Below the pieces are notes generated by a model. That model was not told the origin of the DNA and ran no database searches. It saw nothing but the letters and a program-made list of their open reading frames with translations. Positions 1-16,830 of a stretch of 64,000 nt of DNA are shown piece by piece. The stretch's first letter is position 1. Each line of letters opens with the position of its first letter. This DNA is from Betaproteobacteria bacterium UBA5582 (GTDB taxonomy: Bacteria > Pseudomonadota > Gammaproteobacteria > Burkholderiales > Rhodocyclaceae), in assembly GCA_002425245.1 (NCBI GenBank), contig DILW01000171.1, forward strand, positions 9,804 through 73,803, written 5' to 3'. The position numbers were made by a program, and so were the translations under genes.

Positions 1-1
1 C

Positions 2-745
2 GAAGCCCAGGCCCTCGCCGCCCAGGGCGACTACCTGTTCGACCCCGGCATCGGCCGCCTGATCAAGCTGTGGGGTTTCCACGCCGACGAATTCGAAGCC
101 CGCCTGCCCGACCCGGCGGCCATCGAAGCCTTGCGCAGCAAACACCCCTCGCTGGCCGACCTGGTCATAGACGGAACCACGGTATCGAGCCGCAACCCGA
201 CGCTGGCGCTCGATTTCGGTGGTTACCTGAAGGGCGTCGCCCTCGACCGGGCGGCCGCCATCCTGCGCCAGCAAGGCATCCACAATGCGCTGATCAACAT
301 CGGCGGCAACGTCCTGGCCCTAGGCAGCAAGGAAGGCCGCAAATGGCGCATCGGCATCCAGCACCCGCGCCAACCCGGCCCGCTGGCCACGGTGATGCTC
401 GACGACGGCGAAGCCATCGGTACTTCCGGCGATTACCAGCGCTACTTCGAAGTGGACGGCAAGCGATACGCCCACCTGATCGATCCGCGCACCGGCTGGC
501 CGGTCGACCACACTGCCGCCGTCACCGTGCTCGTCCCCGCCGGTCCCAAGGCTGGCACCCTGTCCGACGCCGCTTCCAAGCCGATCTTCATTGCCGGTCC
601 CGACGGCTGGCGCGCGATGGCTGAAAAAATGCAGGCTCCCATGGTCATGCGAGTCGACCGGGACAATCGAATCTTCGTCACCGAAGCCTTGAACAAGCGC
701 CTGGAATACATCGGCCAGAAACCGGAAATCACCGTGCTGCCCTGA
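2..745 (+). CDS. apbE: FAD:protein FMN transferase (ApbE family), 5' end cut by window edge
   Basis: The frame is open from base 2 and runs into ORF 131..745. ApbE-like strings are present: LDFGGYLKGVALDRAA and GDYQRYFEVDGKRYAHLIDPRTGWP. Confidence 0.8.
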   Translation, partial: EAQALAAQGDYLFDPGIGRLIKLWGFHADEFEARLPDPAAIEALRSKHPSLADLVIDGTTVSSRNPTLALDFGGYLKGVALDRAAAILRQQGIHNALINIGGNVLALGSKEGRKWRIGIQHPRQPGPLATVMLDDGEAIGTSGDYQRYFEVDGKRYAHLIDPRTGWPVDHTAAVTVLVPAGPKAGTLSDAASKPIFIAGPDGWRAMAEKMQAPMVMRVDRDNRIFVTEALNKRLEYIGQKPEITVLP

Positions 746-846
746 TCTTTCCTTGAAAGCGAAATGCCGCTCCGTTATGCTGCATCAGCGTCGACGACAA
801 AGATAAGGCCACAGGCAGGTGGCCAAGGCAGCAGGGAGGAAACACC

Positions 847-5153
<4,307 letters not shown>

Positions 5154-5157
<4 letters not shown>

Positions 5158-6290
5158 CACCCTTATTGCCCAAGCAAAGCATCCTCGTTGTCGACGACAC
5201 ACCGGACAACATCACCATCCTCAGTGATGTGCTCGCCGCCGATTACCGCATCCGAGTTGCCACCTCCGGTGAAAAGGCATTGAAGATCGTCTATTCGGAC
5301 GAGCCGCCCGATCTGATCCTGCTCGACATCATGATGCCGGGCCTGTCCGGCCTGGAAATCTGCCGACGGCTCAAGGCCAATCCTGACCGCCGGCGCATCC
5401 CGATCATTTTCGTCACCGCCATGAGCAGCACCGAAGACGAGGAACGCGGCCTCGAACTGGGTGCCGTCGATTACATCACCAAGCCGATCAGCCCGCCCAT
5501 CGTCAAGGCCCGCGTGCGCACCCACCTGGCGCTCTACGACCAGTCGCGCGAACTTGAACGGATGGTCCGCCAGCGCACCCACGAATTGCTCACCACCCGC
5601 CAGCAGATCATTCGCCGGCTTGGCCGGGCCGCCGAATTCAAGGACAACGAGACCGGCAATCATGTGCTGCGCATGAGCCACTACGCCCGGCTGATTGCCG
5701 CTGCCCACGGTCTGGGCGAAGAAACCACCAGCATCATCTTCAACACGGCGCCGATGCACGACATCGGCAAGATCGGCATTCCCGATTCGATCCTGCTCAA
5801 GCCAGGCAAGCTCGACGCCGAGGAATGGAAGATCATGCACCAGCACCCGATCATGGGCGCCGAAATCATCGGCAAGCATGACAACGAACTGCTGGAAACG
5901 GCACGCATCATTGCCCTCACCCATCACGAAAAGTGGGACGGCAGCGGCTACCCGCGCCGCCTCAAGGGCGAGGACATTCCCCTGGAGGGCCGCATCGTCG
6001 CCATCGCTGACGTGTTCGACGCCCTGGTCTCGGTCCGCCCGTACAAGCCCGCTTTCACCCTGGAACAGGCGCTCAACCTGATGGAACAGCAGACCGGTAG
6101 TCATTTCGACCCGCAGCTGATGCAGGCTTTTCACCGCACCCTGCCTGAAATATTGCGCATCCGCGACATCTACGCCGACGAAAATGGCGCCCTCACCGAC
6201 CTCGAATTCCAGATCCGCGAAATCTACGACCACCGCAACGATCCCACCGGTTATCCCGGCGTATTGACCAGCGCCAAGGATAGGGACTGA
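5154..6290 (+). CDS. Response regulator with HD-GYP phosphodiesterase domain (RpfG-like)
   Basis: REC motif ([13 protein letters not shown]) followed by HD-GYP motifs ([21 protein letters not shown]). The ATG overlaps the kinase stop as ATGA. Confidence 0.9.
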
Positions 6291-6371
6291 CGCACCGGTC
6301 TCCTGGCCAGAAAGGAATGCAGAAGCTCATCCATACCCAGGAAAGACAAATGGCATATTTTTGGCTGACTC

Positions 6372-7883
6372 GTGTACAGTATCGACCAGCCCTTTGTCAT
6401 AGCCTGGAGATACACGGTGAGTGGAGCACTGGAATTCGAGTTCCGTTTCGGAAAGAAGGGGAAAAGCGCCTCAAACAACAGGGCCTTCCGTATCCTGGTC
6501 ATGGCCGACCTCGCCGGACAGCAGGAACGCCCGCAAACACTGGCCAGTCGCACGCCGGTCAAGGTCGATATGGACAGCATCGGCAAGCTGATGGCGACCG
6601 TCGCACCGAGCGTTTACCCGCCGCCGGCACCAGGTGACCAAGGGAGCACACCGCAGCCGCTGCGCTTCACCCGACTGGAAAACCTGCATCCGGAAGCCAT
6701 CTACCTTGGCAGCAAGGTCTTCGCCGAGCTGCGGCACCAGCGCGAAGCCTTGCTGGACCCCTTGCGCTTCGAGGAAACGGCCAGTGCGCTCGGTCTGTCA
6801 ACCACACCCGAAGCCGCGCCAGCCGGCACGGAAAGCGATGCCGACACCCTCAGCCGCCTGTTCGGCAAGGTTGCCCGACAAGCGCCATCGGGCGCCGCTG
6901 CCGCCATCAACCAGCTGGTCCGCGATGTCGTTTCTCCCCATGTCGTGAGCGACAACCGTGCCGCCCGCAACCGGGCGCTGGCGCAATTCGACCAGTGCAT
7001 AGGCGAGCGCATGCGGCAACTCCTGCACGATCCAGCCTTCCGGAACCTGGAGTCGGCCTGGCGCGGACTGTGGCAACTGGTCAGCGAACTGGAAGGCAAC
7101 GACGACCTGGAAATCAGCGTGCTCGACCTCTCCCGCGCCGAACTGGAGGCCGACCTGCTCGACAACAACGGCAAAGGCCTGCACGCCGCACTCGCCGAAT
7201 CGACGGGCGAAGACGGGCCATGGTCGCTGCTCACGGCCGATTTCGCCTTCGCTGCCGACGCTACCGATCTGTGCATGCTGGCAGCGCTGGCGTGGCTGGC
7301 GCGTGAACACGATGCCCCCTTGCTGGCAGCGGCCCGGCCGACACTGGTCGGCTGCCCGGGCCCCGAACAATTGCTCCAGCCCGCCCACTGGCAGGCACTG
7401 CCAACGCCGCTGGGTGAGGCCTGGCAGGCACTGCGCCAGCGCCCCGAAGCTGCCTGGCTGGGCCTGGTCATGCCTCGCCTGCTCGGTCGCCTACCCTATG
7501 GCAAGGCGACCGACCCGGTCAGCGCATTCAGTTTCGAGGAATTCGACGGTATCCGGCAGCACGAGGATTTTTCCTGGGACAGCCCGGTGTATTCACTTGC
7601 CCGCCTGGCCGGCGAAGCCTTCGCCGACGAAGGCTGGGAGATGGACACTGCCGGCTACCTGGAAGTCGGCCCACTGCCCAGCTATGTTTTCCGCGACGAG
7701 AACGGCGATTCGAAACAGCAGCCCTGTGCCGAAGTGATGCTCGGCGAGGCTGCCGCCAATGCCCTGCTGGCCCGTGGCATCATGCCCATGCTCAGCTACC
7801 GCAACCGCGACGCGGCGCGCCTGCTGCGCTGGCAGTCGGTCGCCACTCCGGCCCGGCCGCTGGCCGGAGTGTTCAGCCGTTGA
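6372..7883 (+). CDS. T6SS sheath-like protein, apparent TssB-like N-terminus fused to a TssC-like body; orphan
   Basis: The N-terminus resembles TssB/VipA (FRILVMADLAG, PVKVDMDSIGKLM, LRFTRLENLHPEAI). The middle and C-terminus resemble TssC (LLHDPAFRNLESAWRGLWQLV, GLVMPRLLGRLPYG, LLARGIMPMLSYRN). The start codon (GTG 6372) is uncertain. Confidence 0.55.
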   Translation: MYSIDQPFVIAWRYTVSGALEFEFRFGKKGKSASNNRAFRILVMADLAGQQERPQTLASRTPVKVDMDSIGKLMATVAPSVYPPPAPGDQGSTPQPLRFTRLENLHPEAIYLGSKVFAELRHQREALLDPLRFEETASALGLSTTPEAAPAGTESDADTLSRLFGKVARQAPSGAAAAINQLVRDVVSPHVVSDNRAARNRALAQFDQCIGERMRQLLHDPAFRNLESAWRGLWQLVSELEGNDDLEISVLDLSRAELEADLLDNNGKGLHAALAESTGEDGPWSLLTADFAFAADATDLCMLAALAWLAREHDAPLLAAARPTLVGCPGPEQLLQPAHWQALPTPLGEAWQALRQRPEAAWLGLVMPRLLGRLPYGKATDPVSAFSFEEFDGIRQHEDFSWDSPVYSLARLAGEAFADEGWEMDTAGYLEVGPLPSYVFRDENGDSKQQPCAEVMLGEAAANALLARGIMPMLSYRNRDAARLLRWQSVATPARPLAGVFSR

Positions 7884-7901
7884 TCGGCGTTCGCGCCGGC
7901 C

Positions 7902-8354
7902 CTATTCCGGCTGGCGCGAATCGATGCTCAAGGTTACCGGTCCGTCGTTGACCAGGGAAACCTGCATGTCGGCGCCAAACACCCCGGTCGGCACCGGCTT
8001 GCCCAGCGCCGCCGCCAGTTTGTCGACAAAGGTAGCGAACAGCGGCCCGGAGATATCGCCCCTGGCGGCGCGCCCCCACGACGGCCGGTTGCCCTTCTTC
8101 ACCGAGGCATAGAGAGTGAATTGCGACACGGCCAGGATCTCGCCGCCAGCGTCGACGACGCTGCGGTTCATCACCCCGTCGGCGTCGGCAAACAAACGCA
8201 GGCGTACCAACTTACCAGCCATCCAGTCGAGGTCGGCGTCACCGTCGCCTTCCTCGAAACCAGCCAGGACCAACAGGCCCGGCCCGATACGGCCGGTGAC
8301 GGCGCCATCAACGGTCACCTCGGCCGACTTCACGCGTTGCACGACAACCCGCAT
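7902..8354 (-). CDS. dtd: D-aminoacyl-tRNA deacylase
   Basis: The protein begins [17 protein letters not shown] and contains [17 protein letters not shown]. The ATG at 8354 is preceded by AGGAAG. The upstream part of the 215-aa ORF is treated as non-coding. Confidence 0.9.
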   Translation of the reverse strand: MRVVVQRVKSAEVTVDGAVTGRIGPGLLVLAGFEEGDGDADLDWMAGKLVRLRLFADADGVMNRSVVDAGGEILAVSQFTLYASVKKGNRPSWGRAARGDISGPLFATFVDKLAAALGKPVPTGVFGADMQVSLVNDGPVTLSIDSRQPE

Positions 8355-8382
8355 CGTCTTCTTCCTTTCTTGATCGAATCGA

Positions 8383-9201
8383 TCAGTAACGCGCCCGGAA
8401 ATGCCACTCGCCGGGTGCCATGTCGTTGGTGATCGCCCGCCGCGTCGCCTCGTCGATGCGTGGATCGTCGATGGCGTACAGGCCGCACAGGCGCAAGGCG
8501 CGACGCACGCTGACCTGGGTGCCGAGGTATTCGTAAACGACGCGGGCACAGCAGGGCATCCGCTCCTCGCTGCCGGACACCCCGAGCTTGAGGCCGCTGA
8601 GCCGCGAAACCCGGTTCTTGAACGAGGGAAACAGGATGGTCTGGGTCATTTCCAGCCCGGTCAGCGTTTCATAGTCGTTGAGGAAGATGCGGTCGGTGAG
8701 CAGGTGTACCAGGCCGAGGTAGACCCCGTGGTAGGTCTTGCCCTGGGTGTCGTCGTTGAGCCGTTCGGTGCGCTGGTAATGGACGCTGTCGCCATCGCGG
8801 CGCAGGGTCACCAGGGTACGCAGGATCTTGCCGGGGCAGGCCATCGACAGGTAGGTCTCGAAATAGCTGCCGAGAAAGCGGTCGAGTCCGGCGCTGCCGA
8901 TCGCCCGCAGGTGCGCCAGATGGCCGGCCTCCGGGCCATTGTCGGCGGGCGGTGGTGCATCCGATGGCAAAGGGCGCAACTGCACCAGACGCTCGAACTG
9001 TGCGCTGGGTAGCAGGATTTCGTGTTCCTCGACGCCGAAGAAGGCGCATAGGCGGCGCAGGGTATGGCCGCCCGGACGATAGCGCCCGGACAGGTAACGA
9101 TTGAACTGCGGCCGGTTGATCCCGAGCCGCCGGCACACCTCGGCAATCGACTTGTAGAAGCTGCACAGCAGGCGCAGGTTGCGCGCGAAGTCCTCGTTCA
9201 T
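8383..9201 (-). CDS. XRE-family HTH transcriptional regulator with C-terminal domain of unknown function
   Basis: N-terminal HTH ([32 protein letters not shown]). The start is taken at MNEDF (9201). It is divergent from the symporter-aspA-ansA cluster. Confidence 0.7.
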   Translation of the reverse strand: MNEDFARNLRLLCSFYKSIAEVCRRLGINRPQFNRYLSGRYRPGGHTLRRLCAFFGVEEHEILLPSAQFERLVQLRPLPSDAPPPADNGPEAGHLAHLRAIGSAGLDRFLGSYFETYLSMACPGKILRTLVTLRRDGDSVHYQRTERLNDDTQGKTYHGVYLGLVHLLTDRIFLNDYETLTGLEMTQTILFPSFKNRVSRLSGLKLGVSGSEERMPCCARVVYEYLGTQVSVRRALRLCGLYAIDDPRIDEATRRAITNDMAPGEWHFRARY

Positions 9202-9407
9202 CGTCTTCCCCCGGCAAGAGACTGGCGCAGTATGGCGCAGTTCTCGCGCCAATTGGCGACTATCTGCACCAGATCGGCAAATCCCCTTGTGCTGTCACAT
9301 TTGGTCAAATGACATCGCAGACTGTCACAAGACAGCGCCGCGGCGACGACCGCAATGTTGAGAGAGCCAGCACCACCCCGTCCTCACCAATCCAGGAGAT
9401 AACCACC

Positions 9408-10865
9408 ATGCTTGACCTGTTGAACGACCTGCTCTGGAGCAAGGTCCTGATCGTTGTCCTGATCGGCCTTGGCCTCTGGTTCACCATCGGTTCGCGCTTT
9501 GTCCAGTTCCGCTATTTCGGCCGCATGTTCCGCATCCTCGGCGCCAACCAGGCCTTTGCCCGCGACAAGTACGGCCACCTGTCGTCGTTCCAGGCCCTGA
9601 TGCTTTCGGTTGCCGGCCGCGTCGGCGGCGGCAACATCGCCGGCGTCGCCGTCGCCATCACCCTGGGTGGCCCCGGCGCCATCTTCTGGATGTGGGTGAT
9701 CGGCCTGATCGGCATGGCCACCAGCTACTTCGAGTGCACCCTGGCCCAGGCCTACAAGCAGGCCGAAGCCGACGGCACCTACCGTGGCGGCCCGGCGCAT
9801 TACATCGCCCGTGGCATGGGCGCCAAGTGGAAATGGCTGGCGGCCGTCTATTCGGTGCTGCTGCTGGTCACCTTTGGCTTCGGTTTCAACGCGCTGCAGT
9901 CCTACTCGGTTGCCACCTCGGTCAATGACGCCTTCGGCATTCCCGTGCTGGCGTCCGGCATTGCCCTCGCGGTCATCGTTGCCGGCATTGTCTTTGGCGG
10001 CGTGCGCCGCATCGCCAGCGTCGCCGAATTTCTGGTGCCGATCATGGCGGTCGGCTACATCGCCATCGCCGTCATCGTCATCGGCATGAACCTTGAAGCC
10101 GTGCCCGCCGTCCTCGCCCTCATCGTCAAGAGCGCTTTCGGTCTGGAGCCGGCCATCGGTGGCGGCATTGGCGCTGCCATCCTGATGGGCGTCAAGCGCG
10201 GCCTGTTCTCCAATGAAGCCGGTCTCGGCAGCGCGCCCAATGTCGCCGCCGTCGCCTATGTGCCGCACCCGGCCAGCCAGGGCATCGTCCAGGCCTTCTC
10301 GGTCTTCATCGATACCCTGATCATCTGTTCCTGCACCGCCTTCATCGTCCTCCTCGGCAACGTCTACCAGCCGGGCATGGCCACCGAAATGGGCGGCGTT
10401 GCGCTGACCCAGGCTTCGCTCGCCGGCATTGTCGGCGAATGGGGTCGCGTCTTCGTCAGCGTCGCGCTGATGCTGTTCGGCTTCACCACCATGGTCTACA
10501 ACTACTACCTCGGTGAAAACAGCCTGAGCTATTTCACTGGCGACAACCGCGGCGTACTCGTGATCTACCGCGTTCTGGTCATCGCCCTGTGCGGCTGGGG
10601 CGCGACCACCGACCTCGGCACCGCCTTCGCCTTCGCCGACGTGACCATGGGCCTGCTCGCCCTGGCCAACCTGTTCGCCCTGGTGATGCTGTTCAAGACC
10701 GGCCTGCGCCTGATGAACGACTACGACCGCCAGATCGATGCCGGCATCACCGAACCCGTCTTCGACGCCAGCCGCTTCGCCGATCTCGACATCGACAGCA
10801 AGGCCTGGAAGCTGGAACCGGCCGACGCCGAACAGGCTAGCAAGCTGCGCAACGCCTCCTCCTGA
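9408..10865 (+). CDS. Alanine/glycine:cation symporter (AGCS family)
   Basis: Polytopic membrane protein with AGCS-like strings (GGNIAGVAVAITLGGPGAIFWMW, RGLFSNEAGLGSAPN). The ATG at 9408 follows CAGGAG. Confidence 0.9.
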   Translation: MLDLLNDLLWSKVLIVVLIGLGLWFTIGSRFVQFRYFGRMFRILGANQAFARDKYGHLSSFQALMLSVAGRVGGGNIAGVAVAITLGGPGAIFWMWVIGLIGMATSYFECTLAQAYKQAEADGTYRGGPAHYIARGMGAKWKWLAAVYSVLLLVTFGFGFNALQSYSVATSVNDAFGIPVLASGIALAVIVAGIVFGGVRRIASVAEFLVPIMAVGYIAIAVIVIGMNLEAVPAVLALIVKSAFGLEPAIGGGIGAAILMGVKRGLFSNEAGLGSAPNVAAVAYVPHPASQGIVQAFSVFIDTLIICSCTAFIVLLGNVYQPGMATEMGGVALTQASLAGIVGEWGRVFVSVALMLFGFTTMVYNYYLGENSLSYFTGDNRGVLVIYRVLVIALCGWGATTDLGTAFAFADVTMGLLALANLFALVMLFKTGLRLMNDYDRQIDAGITEPVFDASRFADLDIDSKAWKLEPADAEQASKLRNASS

Positions 10866-10948
10866 GTCTGCCAGAACCTGCAGACACGCCGGTCCGGGGC
10901 TACTGCCCCGGCCGGCACCCACCAACAACGACAGGACATCCCCACACC

Positions 10949-12348
<1,400 letters not shown>

Positions 12349-12352
<4 letters not shown>

Positions 12353-13353
12353 GCCGCGTCCTCATCCTGCACACCGGCGGCACCATCGGCATGGCCGCCG
12401 CCCCCGGCGGCTACCGGCCGATGGCCGGTTTCCCCGCCCGCCTGCGCGAGCAGCTCGGTGCCCACGCCGGCAGCCGCCTGCCCGACTACGACATCGTCGA
12501 GCTGCCGCCGATCGACAGCGCCGACCTGCGTCCCGGTCACTGGGCGGTGATCGCCCGGTCCCTGCTTGAGCGCTGGGACGACTACGACGGTTTCGTCGTC
12601 CTGCACGGCACCGATACCATGGCCTGGAGCGCCTCGGCGCTCTCCTTCATGCTGCGCGGCACCGACCGCCCGGTGATCTTCACCGGTTCCCAGATTCCCC
12701 TCGTCGAACCGCGCAGCGACGCCCTCGACAATGTCGAGGCGGCACTGCTGTTCGCCGCCACCGAGCCGGTACGCGAGGTCGGCCTCTACTTCGGCCACCG
12801 GCTGCTGCGCGGCAACCGCAGCCGCAAGCTGGCCACCGCCCAGTTCGATGCCTTCGACTCGCCCAACTGCCCACCGCTGGCCGAAGTCGGCATCGACATC
12901 ACGCTGCACCGCGAACGCATCGTCAGCCCCGGCGACAGGTGCTTTCTCGTTCCCGAGTTCGACGACCCGGCTGTCGCCATCCTCACCGTCCACCCCGGCA
13001 TTGCCGGGAGCACGGTCGACGCCCTGACAGCCAACCCGCGCATCCGCGGCCTGATCCTGCAAACCTATGGCGTCGGCAATGCGCCGCAGGGCGACCGCGA
13101 ACTGATTGCCGCCCTGGAACGCGCCGCCGCCCGCGGCCTGGTTCTGCTCAACACCACGCAATGCCTGGTCGGCAGCGTGATCCAGGAAACCTATGCCACC
13201 GGCGCCGCCCTCGCCCGCATCGGCGTCGTCCCGGCCGGCGACATGACGCTGGAAGCCGCTTTTGCCAAGCTGCACTTCCTGCTCGCCAGCGAGCAGGACC
13301 CCGACCGCATCCGCGACGCCCTGCGCCAGAACTGGTGCGGGGAAAGGAGCTGA
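12349..13353 (+). CDS. ansA: L-asparaginase, type I (cytoplasmic type)
   Basis: Starts MSRVLILHTGGTIGM and contains VVLHGTDTMAWSA. The ATG overlaps the aspA stop. The longer 404-aa ORF prefix is Arg/Pro-rich noise. Confidence 0.85.
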
Positions 13354-13357
13354 AGGC

Positions 13358-13379
13358 GGCGGTTTCACGTGAAACCGCC
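13358..13379 (+). terminator. Perfect 22-bp palindrome (GGCGGTTTCACGTGAAACCGCC) after ansA; probable terminator
   Basis: It lies 5 bp after the ansA stop and is followed by the T-containing tract GTTCGTCTTGT. Confidence 0.5.
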
Positions 13380-13507
13380 GTTCGTCTTGTGCCTCCCTCC
13401 GTACGTTCAACTAGCGAATCATCAAGCACCGATATTGGACTAAACTCCGGTTCAGGTGAGCTTGTCCGGGATTCGCGTCCAACAGCGTCCGGCAGGGGGG
13501 AAAACAC

Positions 13508-14650
13508 ATGCAACTTGAAACGTTCCGCTATACGTCGCGCAAGGGCTGGGATCGCCAGCCGGACCAGCAGCTGGATTCGCCCGACACCCTGGTGCTGGTG
13601 TTTGGCCCGGCCGACCTGAACGAGCTGCAGGCGCCCCTGTCCGCGCTGCGCGCCTGCTACCCCCAGGCCGTCTGGGCGGGTGCCTCGACCGCCGGAGAGA
13701 TCCTTGATCGCAGCATCGACGACGACACGCTGACCGTCGCTGTCGCCCGTTTCGCCCACACCGGCTTGCGTGCGGTAACGCACAGCCTGGCCGGTGCCGG
13801 CGATTCCTACGACGCCGCCAGCACCATCGCCCGCCAGCTCGATGCCGGCGATCTACGCGGTATCCTGGTCTTCGCCGATGGTCTGCACGTCAATGGTTCC
13901 GAGCTGGCCCGCGGCTTTGCTTCGGCCCTGCCCTCGGGCATCGTGGTCACTGGTGGTCTGGCAGGTGACGGCAGCCGCTTTGCCCATACCTGGGTACTTG
14001 GCCAGGCAGCGCCGACCAGCGGTGCCATCGTCGCCATCGGTTTCTACGGTAAACACATCAAGCTGGATCACGGCAGCGCGGGCGGCTGGGATGTCCTCGG
14101 CATCGAGCGCAAGGTGACCCGGGCCAGCAGCAATGTCCTCTTCGAACTCGACGGCCAGCCGGCCCTGCCGCTCTACCGCAAGTACCTCGGCGAGCGCGCC
14201 GACGACCTGCCGGCCAGCGGGCTGCTCTTCCCGCTCGCCATCCACAGCGGCAACGATCACGACGAGGTGACGGTACGCACTATCCTCGGCATCGACGAAG
14301 CGCAGCAATCGATCACCTTCGCCGGCGACATTCCCGAAGGCGCCACGGTACAACTGATGCGCGCCAATTTCGAACGGCTGATCGACGGTGCCGCCCGCGC
14401 CGCCGAACACTGTCACGCCGGCCACACCGACGATCCGGTACTGGCGCTGGCGATCAGTTGTGTGGGCCGTCGTGAGGTGCTCAAGGAACGCTGTGAAGAA
14501 GAGCTCGAAGCGGTGCTCGATACCCTGCCGCCGAGTACCCGCATGGTCGGCTTTTACGCCTACGGCGAGCTTTCGCCCCTGCGTGGCAATTGCTGCGACC
14601 TGCACAACCAGACCATGACACTCACCCTGATCCGGGAAGACCTGGCATGA
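13508..14650 (+). CDS. FIST-domain signal transduction protein
   Basis: The 380-aa size and layout are typical of FIST_N/FIST_C proteins. Its stop overlaps the start of the downstream kinase. Confidence 0.75.
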   Translation: MQLETFRYTSRKGWDRQPDQQLDSPDTLVLVFGPADLNELQAPLSALRACYPQAVWAGASTAGEILDRSIDDDTLTVAVARFAHTGLRAVTHSLAGAGDSYDAASTIARQLDAGDLRGILVFADGLHVNGSELARGFASALPSGIVVTGGLAGDGSRFAHTWVLGQAAPTSGAIVAIGFYGKHIKLDHGSAGGWDVLGIERKVTRASSNVLFELDGQPALPLYRKYLGERADDLPASGLLFPLAIHSGNDHDEVTVRTILGIDEAQQSITFAGDIPEGATVQLMRANFERLIDGAARAAEHCHAGHTDDPVLALAISCVGRREVLKERCEEELEAVLDTLPPSTRMVGFYAYGELSPLRGNCCDLHNQTMTLTLIREDLA

Positions 14651-16809
14651 GCCAGCACCGGCTGCTCGACCGGCAACTGCGCAAACTCGGCCTGAGCAGC
14701 GAAACCCCACCCGCTGCGGACGACTGGCAGGCCTTGCTGGCGGTGCTGGAACGGACCTATCACGACTTCGACCAGGACCGCTACACACTCGAACGCTCGC
14801 TCGACCTGACTTCGGAGGAAATGCGTGCCCTCCACCAGCGCGAGCGCACCGCCTACGACGCACGCCTGAAATCCATATTCCGCTCGCTGCACGAACCGAT
14901 CTGGCTGAAAGACCCGCAAGGCGTCTATCTGGCCTGCAACCCGGTTTTCGAAGCCTTTTTCGGCGTTCTGGAAAGTGAAGTCATCGGTCGCACCGACCAC
15001 GACATCATCCCCACCGACGACGCCGATATCTTCCGCCAGCACGACCTGGAGGCCATCAAGCAAGGCAGACCGGTGGTTTTCGAAGAACAGGCAACACGGG
15101 TAGCCGACGGCCAGCGGGTGCTGCTGTCCACCGTCAAGACCCCCATCTTCGACGGCGACGGGCAACTGATCGGCGTACTCGGCACCGCCAGCGACATCAC
15201 CGCCAGCCGGGCGGCAGAGCAGAGCCTGCAGGAAGCCGCCAGCGTTTTCCACCACGCCAACGAAGCCATCCTGATTACCGACCCCGCCGGCGACATCCTC
15301 GACGTCAACCCGGCGTTCACCGAAATCACCGGCTACCGGCGTGACGAAGTGCTCGGCGACAATCCGCGACTGCTCCAGTCCGGACTCCACGACCGCAGTT
15401 TCTACGGTGCGCTGTGGCAAGCGATCATCAATGAAGGTCGCTGGAGCGGCGAGATCTGGAACCGGCGCAAGGACGGCAGCATCTTCGTCGCCCGCCAGAC
15501 GATCAGCAGCATCCGCGACGAGGCCGGCAATGTACGGCGTTACGTCGGCCTCTTCTCCGACTACACCGCACTCAAGGAACAGCAACTGGAGCTGGAACGC
15601 CTGGTCGAATCGCGCACCCAGGACCTGCAAATCGCCAAGGAAGCCGCCGAAGCTGCCAACCGCGCCAAGAGCACCTTCCTGGCCAACATGAGCCACGAAC
15701 TGCGGACCCCGATCAGCGGCATCATCGGCATGATCAGCCTTGCCCGCCGACACATCGGCGACCCCGAAAATCTCGATCGTCTCGAAAAGGCCGAACGTTC
15801 CGCCCAGCATCTGCTGGCCCTGCTCAACGACATCCTCGACCTGTCCAAGATCGAAGCCGAACACCTCAAGCTCGAAACCCTGCCGCTGACGCTGTCCATG
15901 CTCGCCGCCAATCTTCCGGTCCTGTTCGGCGAACGCACCAGCAGCAAGGGACTGGAACTCGACATCCAGCAAGACCCGCTGCTGGCCGAACGTCGTTACC
16001 TTGGCGACCCGCTGCGCCTTGGACAAGTGCTGATCAACCTGGTCGGCAACGCCATCAAGTTCAGCGAGCACGGCCAGATCACCGTCACCAGCCAACTGCT
16101 GGAGGAAGGGAGCAACGACGACCTGATCCGCTTCGCAGTCAGGGACCAGGGTATCGGCATCCCGGCCGAGACCCTGCCCAGGTTGTTCACCGCCTTCGAG
16201 CAGGCCGACGGCTCAATGACCCGGAAGTACGGCGGCACCGGGCTTGGCCTGGCGATCAGCAAGCGCCTAGTGGAAATGATGGGCGGCCGGATCGGCGTCC
16301 AGAGCCAACCCGGGATCGGCAGCGAATTCTGGTTCACCGTCCGCCTGCGGCACGACGCGGCACCCATCGACACCGGCACCACCGGCGCAGACGCCGACGC
16401 AGCCGAAAATGAATTGCGCCGCAACCACACCGGCGCCCGCATCCTGCTCGCCGAAGACGAAGCCATCTGCCGCGAGGTCATGCTCGAACTGCTTGGCGAA
16501 ATCGGCCTGAACATCGACAGCGCCAGCGACGGCGACCAGGCCGTGAAGCTGGCCGCAGAAAACCGCTACGACCTGATCCTGATGGACATGCAGATGCCTC
16601 ACCGCAACGGCCTCGACGCCACGCGGGCCATCCGCGCCGCCCCGACCAACCGCGACACCCCGATCCTGGCCATGACCGCCAACGTCTTCGAACAAGACCG
16701 CCAGGCCTGCCTGGACGCCGGCATGAACGAACACTTGGCCAAGCCGGTCGTCCCCGAAGTCCTGTACGCGAGCCTGCTCAAGTGGCTGGAAAACGGGCGC
16801 AGCGGCTGA
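14647..16809 (+). CDS. PAS-containing hybrid sensor histidine kinase with C-terminal receiver
   Basis: H-box [20 protein letters not shown]-box GTGLGLAISKRLV and REC motif LILMDMQMPHRNG. The start is taken at MSQHRLL (14647). Confidence 0.9.
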   Translation: MSQHRLLDRQLRKLGLSSETPPAADDWQALLAVLERTYHDFDQDRYTLERSLDLTSEEMRALHQRERTAYDARLKSIFRSLHEPIWLKDPQGVYLACNPVFEAFFGVLESEVIGRTDHDIIPTDDADIFRQHDLEAIKQGRPVVFEEQATRVADGQRVLLSTVKTPIFDGDGQLIGVLGTASDITASRAAEQSLQEAASVFHHANEAILITDPAGDILDVNPAFTEITGYRRDEVLGDNPRLLQSGLHDRSFYGALWQAIINEGRWSGEIWNRRKDGSIFVARQTISSIRDEAGNVRRYVGLFSDYTALKEQQLELERLVESRTQDLQIAKEAAEAANRAKSTFLANMSHELRTPISGIIGMISLARRHIGDPENLDRLEKAERSAQHLLALLNDILDLSKIEAEHLKLETLPLTLSMLAANLPVLFGERTSSKGLELDIQQDPLLAERRYLGDPLRLGQVLINLVGNAIKFSEHGQITVTSQLLEEGSNDDLIRFAVRDQGIGIPAETLPRLFTAFEQADGSMTRKYGGTGLGLAISKRLVEMMGGRIGVQSQPGIGSEFWFTVRLRHDAAPIDTGTTGADADAAENELRRNHTGARILLAEDEAICREVMLELLGEIGLNIDSASDGDQAVKLAAENRYDLILMDMQMPHRNGLDATRAIRAAPTNRDTPILAMTANVFEQDRQACLDAGMNEHLAKPVVPEVLYASLLKWLENGRSG

Positions 16810-16830
16810 CAGTCCACCAATGTCTACTAA

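Noticed and set aside
10888-10916. GC-rich imperfect hairpin after the symporter gene.
   Set aside because: It has no T-tract and an imperfect stem. aspA follows closely and is probably co-transcribed.
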